The notes under the pieces were generated by a model that made no database searches, was not told where the DNA came from, and saw only the letters and a list, made by a program, of their open reading frames with translations. This document shows, piece after piece, positions 1 through 11,000 of a DNA stretch of 64,000 nt; position 1 is the stretch's first letter, and every line of letters begins with the position of its first letter. Position numbers and translations under genes: made by a program. Origin of the DNA: Polyangiales bacterium (lineage in GTDB: Bacteria > Myxococcota_A > Polyangia > Polyangiales > Polyangiaceae); the NCBI GenBank assembly GCA_038230375.1, contig JBBRNJ010000019.1:32001-96000 (forward strand), read 5' to 3'.

Positions 1-810
1 GACGTAGATCTTCTCCTTGGACGTGCCGGACGCGATCTTCGCCTGAGCCTTGGAGAGCTCCGCGTCGATGACGGCCTTGAACTTGTCGAAGGGCTGCGCG
101 CCGGAGAGCACGACGCCGTTGATGTAGAATGCGGGCGTGCCGTTCACGCCGGCCTTCTTGGCGACCTCGTGATCGTCGTCGACCTTCTTCGCCCACGTGT
201 GGGCCGCAAGACCGGCCTTGAATTTGGCCATGTCCGTGACGCCCGCGTCCTTCGCCCATTTCTCGTAGGACTCGGGGGAGAGGGCGCCCTGGTTCTTGAA
301 CGCGGTGTCGTGGAACTTCCAGAAGCCGTCGTTGCCCTTGAGCGCGTAGACGCCCTGGGCGGCTTCGGCGGCGGGCTTGGCCTTGTCGTGGAAGGAGAGC
401 GGCTCGTTCTTCCAGATGAGGCGAACCTTCTCCGGGCCGTAGGTGCTCTTCACCTGGTCCATGGTCGGTTCGACGCGGCTGCAGAACGGGCACTGGAAGT
501 CGGAGAAGATGACGACGGTCACGGGCGCCGTCCGGCTGCCCCACATGGGGTCCTTGCTGGAGACCGGGATCGGTGAATCCTCGTCCGACCACACCGCGCC
601 ACCGGCGCCGGAGCTGTCGGCGGTGATGCCGCCCGCGGCCTTCACGCCGTTGTGCTTGTCGTAGCCCCACATGAGGCCCATGCCGGCGATGAAGCAGAGG
701 ACGAACCCGATGAGGGCAACGCCCGTGTTCATTCCGCCGCCGCTGCCTTCGAAGCGCTGTTCTTGCTTCGCCTCGGCAGACTTGCTGTCTTTGTCTTTGT
801 CTTTGGCCAT
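1..810 (-). CDS. DsbA-family thioredoxin-fold disulfide oxidoreductase (runs off the window edge)
   Basis: Manual translation from ATG at 810 (MAKDKDKDSK...). N-terminal TM segment, FSDFQCPFCSR (CxxC), LIWKNEPLSFH and GVNGTPAFYING (cis-Pro loop). Not in the ORF track because it is open at the edge. Confidence 0.9.
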   Translation of the reverse strand, partial: MAKDKDKDSKSAEAKQEQRFEGSGGGMNTGVALIGFVLCFIAGMGLMWGYDKHNGVKAAGGITADSSGAGGAVWSDEDSPIPVSSKDPMWGSRTAPVTVVIFSDFQCPFCSRVEPTMDQVKSTYGPEKVRLIWKNEPLSFHDKAKPAAEAAQGVYALKGNDGFWKFHDTAFKNQGALSPESYEKWAKDAGVTDMAKFKAGLAAHTWAKKVDDDHEVAKKAGVNGTPAFYINGVVLSGAQPFDKFKAVIDAELSKAQAKIASGTSKEKIYV

Positions 811-992
811 GATCGATTTCCTTTTCAGATGCGAGAAAAACTTGCTGGCCCGCATGCGGTCCCGGGGGATGACCGCACGATGGCGGCTCCCGCGTAGACT
901 TCACGCGGCCGAAAAAACACGTGTCCCGAACGCTCGCAGCGAGCCCGGCAGACCGTTTGCGTCTGCTGGTTCGCGTTCCACGTCGGGCGGAA

Positions 993-1559
993 TCAGACTC
1001 TCGGCGGTCGCTCGAGCGAGCTCTTCACGCCATCGTGCGTACGGTTCTCGGCGACGGGGCACGCCACGCGCCCGACCTCGCTGGCGGGCGCCACGGAAGG
1101 CACCGCGCTGATCAAGCTGGGATCGGGCAGCTGCATCTCGAACACGAGCGGCTCCTGTCCCGGCGTCACGGAGTGCAGCGCGTTGAGCGCGTCGGCCATG
1201 TTGGGACCGGGCGTGAGCGTGAGCCACGTGGTCTCTGACTGGAGCTGCGGCGCGGGCGCGATCATCGTGGCGCCGCGAAGGTCGCAGAGGGCGGCCACGC
1301 TGCTTCCCTTGTCGGCCTTGTCGGAGGCCTTGTCGGCGCTCTCGCCGGGATCGACGTTGAAGGAGGCAGTCGCCTCGGGGACCTGGACGACGATGCTTGC
1401 GCCGCGGAAGTCGCAGAGGGGAGCGGCAGTGCTGGTGGCGGCCTCTGCAGACGACGAGGACAAGAACGTGACGAGAAACGCCACGAGCCCTGTCATTGCC
1501 GCGAGGGCACACCTGAGCCAAACACTCCGCACCGACGGAAACTTAGGCCCTCCGACCAC
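993..1559 (-). CDS. Hypothetical exported protein ending in ...LERPPRV; start uncertain
   Basis: Signal-peptide-like N-terminus (LVAFLVTFLSSSSAEA), duplicated LCD(F/L)RGA motif, co-oriented upstream of dsbA. Confidence 0.65.
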   Translation of the reverse strand: MVGGPKFPSVRSVWLRCALAAMTGLVAFLVTFLSSSSAEAATSTAAPLCDFRGASIVVQVPEATASFNVDPGESADKASDKADKGSSVAALCDLRGATMIAPAPQLQSETTWLTLTPGPNMADALNALHSVTPGQEPLVFEMQLPDPSLISAVPSVAPASEVGRVACPVAENRTHDGVKSSLERPPRV

Positions 1560-1781
1560 TTCTGCGCAAGGGAACTGCAGATCCCGCCATATTTACGGTG
1601 ATCTGGAGGGCACTGGCATCGCCGTCAACCCGTGCTAACCGCTGCCCGGTGACCCAGGCAAGCCTGTCCGAGCCGCGGTGCGTGTCTTGCGGACGGACGT
1701 CCGAGATGACCCCGGCTGTTCTTCGCGCGCGGGTCACTCGCGCTGTGCGAGACCTGCGCGACCACGCGGGCGTTCGGCGAT

Positions 1782-2348
1782 GTGCGGGATGGCATTCCGC
1801 GCACCGACCGCGAGACGTTTCGTCCCGATGCCGAGTGCGGGCTCTGCGGGCTCACGAACGGGTTCGGCATTGCCTTCAAGGAGCACACGATCTGCGAGCC
1901 ATGCATCGACGGCGCGTGGTGGGTCGCGACGGCGTCGTGGGAGGAAGAAGACCCTTGCACCTTCTGCGGTGCGCTCGCTGACGCCGGGGAAGAACGCATC
2001 ACGGTGACGGCGCGCGGCGCCATCGAGCTCGGGGCGGGCGCGCCTGCAGTGGAGGCGCTGGTGGAGCTGCTCATAGACGACGTGAAGAGCAACGCGCGGC
2101 CCGCGCTCCCAACGTTCGCGGTGATCCTGGGGACCATCGCCGCGAACCGATGTGTTGCGTCGAAGCGATTCATTGCGCGCATGGAGCTCCTGATGGCGAG
2201 CCCGCTCGCAAAGGCAGGCCGCATGGACGACGCACGCGCCGTGTACGAACGTGCGATCGCCCTCTACGAGCCGTATGCCGACGACGGTGAGGGCGCACCG
2301 ACCCGCAATCTGGCGGCAGCCTGCATCAACCTGGCGGTGAGCTTCTGA
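1782..2348 (+). CDS. Hypothetical protein with ClpX-like Cys zinc-finger motifs and a TPR-like C-terminus
   Basis: CGLC...ICEPC and CTFCG motifs; helix AGRMDDARAVYERAIALYE and LAAACINLA resemble a TPR. Confidence 0.55.
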   Translation: MRDGIPRTDRETFRPDAECGLCGLTNGFGIAFKEHTICEPCIDGAWWVATASWEEEDPCTFCGALADAGEERITVTARGAIELGAGAPAVEALVELLIDDVKSNARPALPTFAVILGTIAANRCVASKRFIARMELLMASPLAKAGRMDDARAVYERAIALYEPYADDGEGAPTRNLAAACINLAVSF

Positions 2349-2506
2349 TGCGCCTCGTAGGCGATCGCCAGGTCGCTACGCACGGCAATGCAGAGGACGG
2401 CTATCAGTACATCTCGGGACCCGGCTGCTTCATCTGTGATGAGTGCGTGGAGGTCTCGAACGAGATCATCGCGGAGGAAGTCGAGAAGGAGGCGACTGAG
2501 ACCTGA
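2348..2506 (+). CDS. 52-aa ORF or gene fragment resembling the second half of a ClpX C4 zinc-binding domain
   Basis: Manual translation MRLVGDRQVATHGNAEDGYQYISGPGCFICDECVEVSNEIIAEEVEKEATET; ATG overlaps the upstream stop (TGATG). Confidence 0.55.
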   Translation: MRLVGDRQVATHGNAEDGYQYISGPGCFICDECVEVSNEIIAEEVEKEATET

Positions 2507-2589
2507 GGCGACGACCAGCTGGAGCGATCCAGCGTGTGCGTCACGGGGCTCGCCGGGTGAGGAGGTTGTCGAGTATGGTCTCGTTGATC

Positions 2590-3720
2590 ATGGAACCCGA
2601 CAAAGAGTCCCTGGAGTCGCTACGCGCGGAGCTCAGTGCGTGCGACAGCGCGCTCGTGTCGCAGATGGCCGAGCGCATGCGCCTGGTTCGGAAAGTCACG
2701 GAGCTGAAGCAGGACCAGGGGCTCCCCGCGTTCGACCGAGCGCGCGAGGCGGCGCTGCTCGCGGAGCTGGAGCAGGCGGGTGATGCCGCGGAGCTCTCGC
2801 GCGAGATCACGCGCGACGTGTACGCGGTGCTCTTCACGGCGTCGCGCGCGGCGCAGCGGACGTCGCTCGTCGCCGCGGTGCCCAGGATGTCCGTGGCGAT
2901 CATCGGGGGCACGCAGGGCATGGGCGCCTTCTTCGTGCGCGAGCTCGCGGCTGCCGGCTTCGAGGTGGAGCACAACGGTCTCGGCGAAGGACCGACGAAC
3001 GTGGAGCTCGCGGGTCGCCACGATCTCGTGATGGTCGCCGTGCCCATCAACGCGACGGAGGCCGTCATCCGTGAGATCGGCCCCTACGTGCGCACTGGCG
3101 CGATCCTGGTCGACGTGACCTCCGTGAAGAGCGCGCCGCTCAAGGCGATGATGGAGAGCACCCAGGACGACGTGTCTGTCGTCGGCACCCACCCGATGTT
3201 CGGGCCCTCCACGTCGGGCTTCGACCGTCAGAAGGTTGTATTATGCAAGGGTCGCGGCGACCCAGCATTTGCCACCATCAAGCGCCTGTTCGAGGCGTTC
3301 GGTGCAGAGTGCATAGAGGCCACGGCGGAGGAGCACGACTCGCAGATGGCGCTCATCCAGGTGCTGATCCACGAGAAGACCATGGTGCTCGGCAGCGTGC
3401 TCGAGCGTCTGAAGGCGAGCCTCTCGCGCAGCCTGGACTTCGCGAGCCCCATCTACCGGACCGAGCTCGCGATGATCGGCCGCATGTTCTCGCAGGGCGC
3501 GGACCTCTATGCGGACATCCTCACGTCGAACCCCGAGGCGTCGCGCCTCTCTCACCTGTTCGAGCAAGAGGCCGCCTACTTCGCGCGCGCCGTGGCGATG
3601 GGCGATCGCGAGACCGTCATCCGCCGCTTCAAGGACGTCGCGCTCTACATGAACGACTTCGCCGCGTGGGCAAAGACGCAGTCCGACAGTATTCTCCGCG
3701 ACCTGGTCCGTCATGGTTGA
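2590..3720 (+). CDS. tyrA: Bifunctional chorismate mutase / prephenate dehydrogenase
   Basis: AroQ-type N-terminus (LESLRAELSACD...ERMRLVRKV..LK, FDRAREAALL), IIGGTQGMG Rossmann motif, DVTSVK, GTHPMFGP, HDSQMA. Confidence 0.92.
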   Translation: MEPDKESLESLRAELSACDSALVSQMAERMRLVRKVTELKQDQGLPAFDRAREAALLAELEQAGDAAELSREITRDVYAVLFTASRAAQRTSLVAAVPRMSVAIIGGTQGMGAFFVRELAAAGFEVEHNGLGEGPTNVELAGRHDLVMVAVPINATEAVIREIGPYVRTGAILVDVTSVKSAPLKAMMESTQDDVSVVGTHPMFGPSTSGFDRQKVVLCKGRGDPAFATIKRLFEAFGAECIEATAEEHDSQMALIQVLIHEKTMVLGSVLERLKASLSRSLDFASPIYRTELAMIGRMFSQGADLYADILTSNPEASRLSHLFEQEAAYFARAVAMGDRETVIRRFKDVALYMNDFAAWAKTQSDSILRDLVRHG

Positions 3721-3755
3721 CACCAGACCGCGGTGACCGTGACGCCCGAGAACCG

Positions 3756-4952
3756 TCAGCCTTTGATGACGCCGAGCTCACGTCCCACCTTGGTGAACGC
3801 TGCGATCGCGCGGTCGACCTGTGCCTCCGTGTGATCCGCGGAGAGCTGCACGCGGATGCGCGCCTCGCCCTTCGGCACCACGGGGTAGTAGAAGCCAATG
3901 ACGTAGATGCCCTCGGTGAGCAGCTTTGCGCTCACCTCCTGCGAGAGCTTCGCGTCGCCGAGCATCACGGGAACGATGGGATGGATGCCCTCCTTGATCG
4001 TGAAGCCCGCCTTCTGCATGCCGTCGCGGAACTGCTTCGCGTTGCGCATGACGCGGTCGCGCAGCTCCGTGCTCTTGCCCAGCAGCGACAGCACGGCGAC
4101 GGACGCCCCCGCGATCGCCGGCGGGATCGAGTTGGAGAAGAGGTACGGCCGCGAGCGCTGACGCAGCAGCTCGACGATCTCCTTCTTGCCCGTGGTGAAG
4201 CCGCCCGCCGCGCCGCCGAGCGCCTTGCCCAGCGTGGACGTCATCACGTCGATGCGCGACGCCACTCCGCAGTGCTCGGGAGTGCCGCGGCCGGTCTTGC
4301 CGATGAAGCCGCTCGCGTGGCTGTCGTCCACCATCACGAGCGCCTGGTATTTCTCGGCCAGATCGCAGATGGCATCCAGCTTGGCCAGGTAGCCGTCCAT
4401 GGAGAACACGCCGTCCGTCGCGATCATGCGCAGGCGTTTTCCCTGCGTCGCCTTCAGCATCTCCTCGAGCGCGCTCATGTCGCCGTTCGGGTAGCGATGG
4501 CGCTCGGCCTTGCAGAGGCGGATGCCGTCGATGATGGAGGCGTGGTTGAGCGCGTCGGAGATGATCGCGTCCTCCTCGCCCAGCAGCGTCTCGAAGAGGC
4601 CGCCGTTCGCGTCGAAGCACGAGCTGTAGAGGATGGTGTCCTCGGTGCCGAAGAACTGCGAGACCTTGCCCTCCAGCTCCTTGTGGAGATCCTGCGTGCC
4701 GCAGATGAAGCGCACGGAGCTCATGCCAAAGCCGTGCGTCTTGATGGCCTCGTGCGCAGCGGCGATCACGTCCGGATGCGAAGACAGACCAAGGTAGTTG
4801 TTCGCGCAGAAGTTCAAGACCTTCTGGTTGTCCGTGCCCACAGTGATCTCCGCCGACTGCGGCGTCTTGATGACGCGCTCCCGCTTGAAGAGCCCCTGCG
4901 AGTCAATGTCCTTCAGCGTGGCCTCGAAGATGTCTTTCGCGCGTCCGTACAT
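3756..4952 (-). CDS. kbl: Glycine C-acetyltransferase (2-amino-3-ketobutyrate CoA ligase)
   Basis: [43 protein letters not shown] (PLP Lys), [12 protein letters not shown]. Confidence 0.97.
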   Translation of the reverse strand: MYGRAKDIFEATLKDIDSQGLFKRERVIKTPQSAEITVGTDNQKVLNFCANNYLGLSSHPDVIAAAHEAIKTHGFGMSSVRFICGTQDLHKELEGKVSQFFGTEDTILYSSCFDANGGLFETLLGEEDAIISDALNHASIIDGIRLCKAERHRYPNGDMSALEEMLKATQGKRLRMIATDGVFSMDGYLAKLDAICDLAEKYQALVMVDDSHASGFIGKTGRGTPEHCGVASRIDVMTSTLGKALGGAAGGFTTGKKEIVELLRQRSRPYLFSNSIPPAIAGASVAVLSLLGKSTELRDRVMRNAKQFRDGMQKAGFTIKEGIHPIVPVMLGDAKLSQEVSAKLLTEGIYVIGFYYPVVPKGEARIRVQLSADHTEAQVDRAIAAFTKVGRELGVIKG

Positions 4953-5012
4953 GACGGCGAACGCTACCACAGGGCTAATGATCGGCCGCGGGCGTACCGT
5001 CATGCACGGAGC

Positions 5013-5990
5013 ATGAAGAAACGAGCTCTCCTCCTGTCACTTCTGGTCGCGGCCTGCGGAGCGAACCCGGACGCGCCTTCCGGTGCGGCGCGCGCCGAGC
5101 TCACGCCTCCGCCTGCCAGGAATTTACCGGTGGGCCGGTCTGCGGCGCGCTCCGCGGTGAGCGCCGACCCGCGGTTTGCGTCCGTGGAGAGCCCAGCGGT
5201 TCCCGTGATGCTCTTCCACCAGATCTGTCCCATGGCGTGCCCTTCCGATGCCACGTACGGCATGACGGCCGTCGATTTCGACGCGTTGCTCACGACGCTC
5301 GAGGCGCTCGGATACGAGACAGTGTCCAGCGCGGACTTCGCGGCGTTCCGGAGAGGGCGCTCGGTCGCGATGCCATCGCGCCCGATCTATCTCACGTTTG
5401 ACGACGGTCGCGAGGACGCGTACGCAGGCGCCACGAACGCGCTCCGGGCGCACCACGCGCGCGCGACCATGTTCGTGATCACGAACGTGCCGGGCGGCGT
5501 GAACCCATTTTACATGAGGTGGTCCGAGATCGAGCAGGCGTGGGCGTCGGGCACGTGGGACATCGAGTTGCATGCGCACGCGGGACACACCACCGTTCCG
5601 ACCTCCGCCACGACCACGGGCCATTTCTTCGCGTGGCAGGAGTGGAGCACGAACGGCGGGAGCGAGACGCTGTCTGCATGGCGCGCGCGGACGCAGGCGG
5701 ACATAGAGACGGGGGAGGCCCAGCTCGCCGCGCACCTTCCCGCGCATGTGACGCACGCGTTCGCGGTCCCCTTTGGCGACTACGGGCAACAGAACTCCGT
5801 CGACCCGGAGATCAAGGCGGAGCTCCGCGAGTATCTCGATGCGAACTACGAAGCGTGGTTCACGCAACCCGGCGTTGACCCGCCCTTCGCGCGCCTCAGC
5901 CCCGGCGGCGAGACCTACCGCTACACTGTCTTCAACACGACCACGGTCGAGGCGATCACCGCCTGGCTCGCGAAGCCCGCGGCGCCCTGA
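5013..5990 (+). CDS. Polysaccharide deacetylase (NodB/CE4, PgaB/IcaB-like) lipoprotein
   Basis: Lipobox [41 protein letters not shown]. Only the 3' part of the 915-aa track ORF is real. Confidence 0.85.
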   Translation: MKKRALLLSLLVAACGANPDAPSGAARAELTPPPARNLPVGRSAARSAVSADPRFASVESPAVPVMLFHQICPMACPSDATYGMTAVDFDALLTTLEALGYETVSSADFAAFRRGRSVAMPSRPIYLTFDDGREDAYAGATNALRAHHARATMFVITNVPGGVNPFYMRWSEIEQAWASGTWDIELHAHAGHTTVPTSATTTGHFFAWQEWSTNGGSETLSAWRARTQADIETGEAQLAAHLPAHVTHAFAVPFGDYGQQNSVDPEIKAELREYLDANYEAWFTQPGVDPPFARLSPGGETYRYTVFNTTTVEAITAWLAKPAAP

Positions 5991-6043
5991 CCGTGGCGGA
6001 AACGGGCTGCTAAGCCCTTCCGAGGAATGCTACCGTGCGCGCC

Positions 6044-7050
6044 ATGCAACAGCCCGTCGTGCTGGTCACAGGCGCCAACGGTGAGATCGGTCGCGCCCTC
6101 CTCGAGCGATTGCATCGCGAAGGAAAGTACCGCGTCGTCACCGTTGATCTGACGCCGCTCCCCGAGCGCCTGCGCCCCATGTGCCTGGAGACCTATGCCG
6201 GCAACATCATGGATCGCTACCTGCTCGATCAGATCGCCGCGCATCACGAGATCGAGGTGGTCTTCCACCTTGCGGCGCTGCTCTCCACACGTGGCGAGCG
6301 CGACCCGGAGCTCGCGCACCAGGTCAACGTCGAAGGCACGCTGCACCTGATGCGCGTCGCCCAGAACCAGTCGGGTCGCCTGGGGCGCGCGGTGCGCTTC
6401 ATCTTCCCCAGCTCCATCGCCGTGTACGGCATGCCCAGCGTCGCCGAGAAGGTGAAGGCCGGCCGCGTGCGCGAGGATCTCTACAACCTTCCCATCACCA
6501 TGTACGGCTGCAACAAGCTGTACTGCGAGCAGCTCGGTCGCTACTTCGCGCACCACTACCGTCAGCTGGGCGCGCTTGCGGGCGCCGCGCGTCTCGACTT
6601 TCGCTCCATTCGCTTTCCGGGCCTCATCTCCGCCGAGACAGTGCCCACTGGCGGCACCAGCGACTTTGGTCCGGAGATGCTCCATGCAGCCGCGCAGAAG
6701 CACCCGTACACCTGCTTCGTCGGGCCAGACGCGAAGATCCCGTTCATGACCATGCCCGACGCCGTGCGCGCGCTCCTCATGCTGCTCGAGGCCGACCCGA
6801 AGAAGCTCTCGACGACCATCTACAACATCGGCGCATTCAGCGCGTCCGCCAAGGAGATCGCCGACCGCGTGAAGGCGGCGTTTCCAGGCGCACAGATCGA
6901 CTACCAGCCGGACCCTGTCCGCGCGAAGATCGTCGACTCGTGGCCGGAGGACGTGGACGACACCCGCGCGCGCGAGGACTGGGGCTGGAAGCCCTCCTAC
7001 GATTTCGCGCGCGCCTTCGACGAGTACCTGGTCCCGGGCATCGCGAACCG

Positions 7051-7075
<25 letters not shown>
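6044..7075 (+). CDS. NAD-dependent epimerase/dehydratase, probably SDR-type L-threonine 3-dehydrogenase
   Basis: TGANGEIG, HLAALLS, PSSIAVYG, MYGCNK (YxxxK), DFRSIRFPG, GGTSD, IVDSWP; close to kbl. Confidence 0.85.
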
Positions 7076-8151
<1,076 letters not shown>

Positions 8152-8153
8152 GT

Positions 8154-9545
8154 TCACAGCGAGTTCGTCAGGGCCTCCGTCGCCTTCTTCATCTCGTCTT
8201 CTTCTGCGGCGCTCGCAGGCGGCGCGTCCGCGGGCTTCGCGCCCTTGCCCGGCTTGGGCTTCGCAGGCTTCGGATCTGCCGACGCCTTCGGTGGATCCGC
8301 CTTTGCGATCGGCGCGTCGGCGGCCGCGGCTGCGGCCGGTGTTGCTGCTGCGGGTGTCTCGCTGTCTGTCTTCGGTGCTTCACGGTGGCGTGCACGGGCA
8401 GGCGCTGCAGCGGGCGTTGGGATCGCCACGACAGGAACGGAAATGACGGGCGGGACCGGCGCTGTCGCTGGAGCGGCTGCCGCCTGCGGATCGCTCGGAG
8501 GCACGGCGGGCGTGGCGACCGTGGGGGACGCGGCAATCGCAGACGGCCCGCCATCCACCGCAACGCCCGTTGGCCGTGCAACGACGGGTGCGGCGCCCTT
8601 GTCGTCTGCAACCAGCGCCGCTGCGGCAACCGGGGGCTGAGCCGCCGGTGGAGTGGGGGGCGCTGGGCTTTGCGCCGCGAAGGCGCCGGCGGGGAGCGTG
8701 ATGCGGTGCGTTCGGACTCCGTAATAGCCACCGCCGCCGATGATCCCAAGCACCACCAGCGCGAGCAGTACACCCGAGAACCCGCGGCCCTTCTTCTTCT
8801 CGATGAAGACAGGGGGCATCTTCTGCGCGCCCGGCACGATGCGCGGAATGGGCGCGGACTGCGACGCGTGTGGGGAGGACAGTGGTGGTGCCTGCGACAC
8901 CGCATGTGATGAGCTCGACGGCGGCGCGGCACGCGAGAATGGCGGCGGCTGCATCTGTTGCGGCGGTGGATACTGCGGCTGCGCCATCACCGCCGTGTTG
9001 CCAAGCTGCGGTCCGCTGCCGTGTGCCTGGGGCACATGCGAGTGCGGCTGTGGGAGCATGCCCGCGGCCCGTTGTGGCGCGTGCTGTGGCGCGGCGTGAT
9101 TGGGGAACATCGCGGGATTCGGCTGGATGGTCAGCGGCTGCGTCAACAGCATGCGCTGGTAGTCGGTTCGCGCCTGCTCCGTCTGCGGCGCCGACTGCGC
9201 CCTGAACGCGACCGTCGGCGCGTCGAGCTGCGCGATGGCAACAGTGCGCTGCTCTCGGTCCGCCGGATGCGGAAGCGCCTCGGTCACGCTCATCGCCCAG
9301 CCCCGCATGGCGCCTGCCTTCGCACCTGGCAGCGGCCCATCGCCAATCGGTGATGAGATGGGCGAGGAGAGCAGCTCGTTGAGGAGGGCCTCGTTGTCCT
9401 CTGGCGCGACCGCCATCGTTCGCGACTCGCCGAGCTCCCCGATGCCGAGCGTGAGCTCGTCGTCGCTGATGGGGGAGTTGAACAGCCGCGTCGGGTCTTC
9501 GTCGCCGACTGCGTTGCCGCCTCCCCGGTGCTTCGGGGTCGCCAT
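8154..9545 (-). CDS. Hypothetical Pro/Ala/Gln-rich single-pass membrane protein
   Basis: Start MATPKH at 9545; KKKGRG followed by TM segment LLALVVLGIIGGGGYY; disordered flanks. Confidence 0.75.
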   Translation of the reverse strand: MATPKHRGGGNAVGDEDPTRLFNSPISDDELTLGIGELGESRTMAVAPEDNEALLNELLSSPISSPIGDGPLPGAKAGAMRGWAMSVTEALPHPADREQRTVAIAQLDAPTVAFRAQSAPQTEQARTDYQRMLLTQPLTIQPNPAMFPNHAAPQHAPQRAAGMLPQPHSHVPQAHGSGPQLGNTAVMAQPQYPPPQQMQPPPFSRAAPPSSSSHAVSQAPPLSSPHASQSAPIPRIVPGAQKMPPVFIEKKKGRGFSGVLLALVVLGIIGGGGYYGVRTHRITLPAGAFAAQSPAPPTPPAAQPPVAAAALVADDKGAAPVVARPTGVAVDGGPSAIAASPTVATPAVPPSDPQAAAAPATAPVPPVISVPVVAIPTPAAAPARARHREAPKTDSETPAAATPAAAAAADAPIAKADPPKASADPKPAKPKPGKGAKPADAPPASAAEEDEMKKATEALTNSL

Positions 9546-9640
9546 CACTTCAAATGATAGGCCACCCCCCGGCCGTTGCACTGCTTTTTGGGGCCGTCGC
9601 AGGCGTTCAGTGCGGGTGCGCCTTTGCCCCAACGGTGGGC

Positions 9641-10225
9641 TCAGCTCGGGCCGGCCAGCGTCACGTAGAGAACGGGCACCGCGATCCCGAGTCCCACGAG
9701 GACGGCGCCTCGAAACATGAAGCCCTTCTTTCCGGGGATCATGAAGATGCCGGAGAGGCTCAAAAACAGCAGGATCGCTGCGTAGCCGTCGGCCACGTAC
9801 GTCCACGCCCTCTTGCCGCGGTTGAGATGCAGCCAGTTCGCGACGCGCAGGAAGAAGCGTGGCTTCTGCCCCTCGTCGACCACTTGCCCGGTCTTCGCGT
9901 TCACGTGCAGGCTCCGCTTGTCGAGCGTCACGTCGATCTCGTCGTCGGAGCGCCGGTACACCTCGCGTGTCTCCTGCGTGATGTGGAGTGACTTCTTCAC
10001 GCGCGCCGCTATCTCGTCGTCGGTGCCGGTCATCGGCCCGAGCTCGTGCGTCTCCGCGTACGTCTGGAAGCTCGCGTCACCGTCGCTCCAGTCCGTGAGA
10101 TGGTTCACCGCGATCCCCGAGAGCGCATAGATGAACGTGAGCCCGACCACGATGTACCCCGCGTCACGATGAATCGCGCGCAGCCACGGACGCCACGCGA
10201 GCTTCTTCTTCGCGGCCTCAGCCAT
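9641..10225 (-). CDS. PepSY-associated TM helix domain protein
   Basis: WLRAIHRDAGY...YALSGIAVNH, NWLHLNRG, LSLSGIFM; three TM helices. Confidence 0.85.
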   Translation of the reverse strand: MAEAAKKKLAWRPWLRAIHRDAGYIVVGLTFIYALSGIAVNHLTDWSDGDASFQTYAETHELGPMTGTDDEIAARVKKSLHITQETREVYRRSDDEIDVTLDKRSLHVNAKTGQVVDEGQKPRFFLRVANWLHLNRGKRAWTYVADGYAAILLFLSLSGIFMIPGKKGFMFRGAVLVGLGIAVPVLYVTLAGPS

Positions 10226-10928
10226 ACCGCTCCTCTTTCCACGGGTCCGCGTGATTGTGGTACCCGCGCGTCTCCCAGTAGCCCGGCCTGTCCGCCGCGA
10301 CGAAGCGAATGCCCGTCAGCCACTTCGCGCTCTTCCAGAAATACAGGTCCGGCACGAGCATCCGCACCGGCGCCCCGTGCGGAACGCGCAGCGCCTGCCC
10401 CGCGTGGCGATGCGCTACCATCACGTTCGGCGCCATCGCGTCACGCAGTGGCACGTTCGACGTGTAGCCCGCGACGGCCTCGAAGACGACATGGCGCGCG
10501 GTGTTCTTCAGCTTCGCGCGCGCGGCCAGATCGGAGAGGCGCACGCCGGTCCATTTGGAGTCCAGCATCGTCCACTTCGTCACGCAGTGCACGTCGCACG
10601 TCTGCTCCACCTGCGGCATGCGGAGTAGCTCCGCGAAGTCGATCTCGAACGGCGCGTCGACCTCACCCCACACCTTCAGCTTGTAGGCGCCGGGGCTCGG
10701 ATCGCCCTCGGTGCCGCCCATGGGTCGCAGCGCCTTCAGCAGGTACTGACTCGGCGGGAGGCGCGGGCGTCCGTCGGGGCGCTTGGTCTCTCTCGCGTTC
10801 TTCTCCTCCTCCTCGCTTGCGAGCACGTAGCTGCTCCCTCCGAGCGCGGTCACCACTGCTCCGGCGGTCAGCCCGCCAAGGAAGATGCGGCGGCTCATCG
10901 AAGGTCGAAACGGCTTGGAGTCGTCCAT
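10218..10928 (-). CDS. Molybdopterin-dependent oxidoreductase (sulfite oxidase/MsrP-like fold) with Tat signal
   Basis: SRRIFLGG twin-arginine motif, RLPPSQY, DVHCVTKW (Mo-ligand Cys), HGAPVRM, YFWKSAKW, GYWETRGYH. Confidence 0.9.
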   Translation of the reverse strand: MDDSKPFRPSMSRRIFLGGLTAGAVVTALGGSSYVLASEEEEKNARETKRPDGRPRLPPSQYLLKALRPMGGTEGDPSPGAYKLKVWGEVDAPFEIDFAELLRMPQVEQTCDVHCVTKWTMLDSKWTGVRLSDLAARAKLKNTARHVVFEAVAGYTSNVPLRDAMAPNVMVAHRHAGQALRVPHGAPVRMLVPDLYFWKSAKWLTGIRFVAADRPGYWETRGYHNHADPWKEERYG

Positions 10929-11000
10929 GGTTGTCCTGTCCTCAGTCGAGCCTACGCACGAAGGCCCCCTTCGGTAACGGTCCTTGCTATGTAGGCTTCC

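Noticed and set aside
3243..5012. 5' two-thirds of the 915-aa plus-strand ORF
   Set aside because: Off-frame overlap with tyrA and antisense shadow of kbl. The real gene starts at 5013 with a lipoprotein signal.
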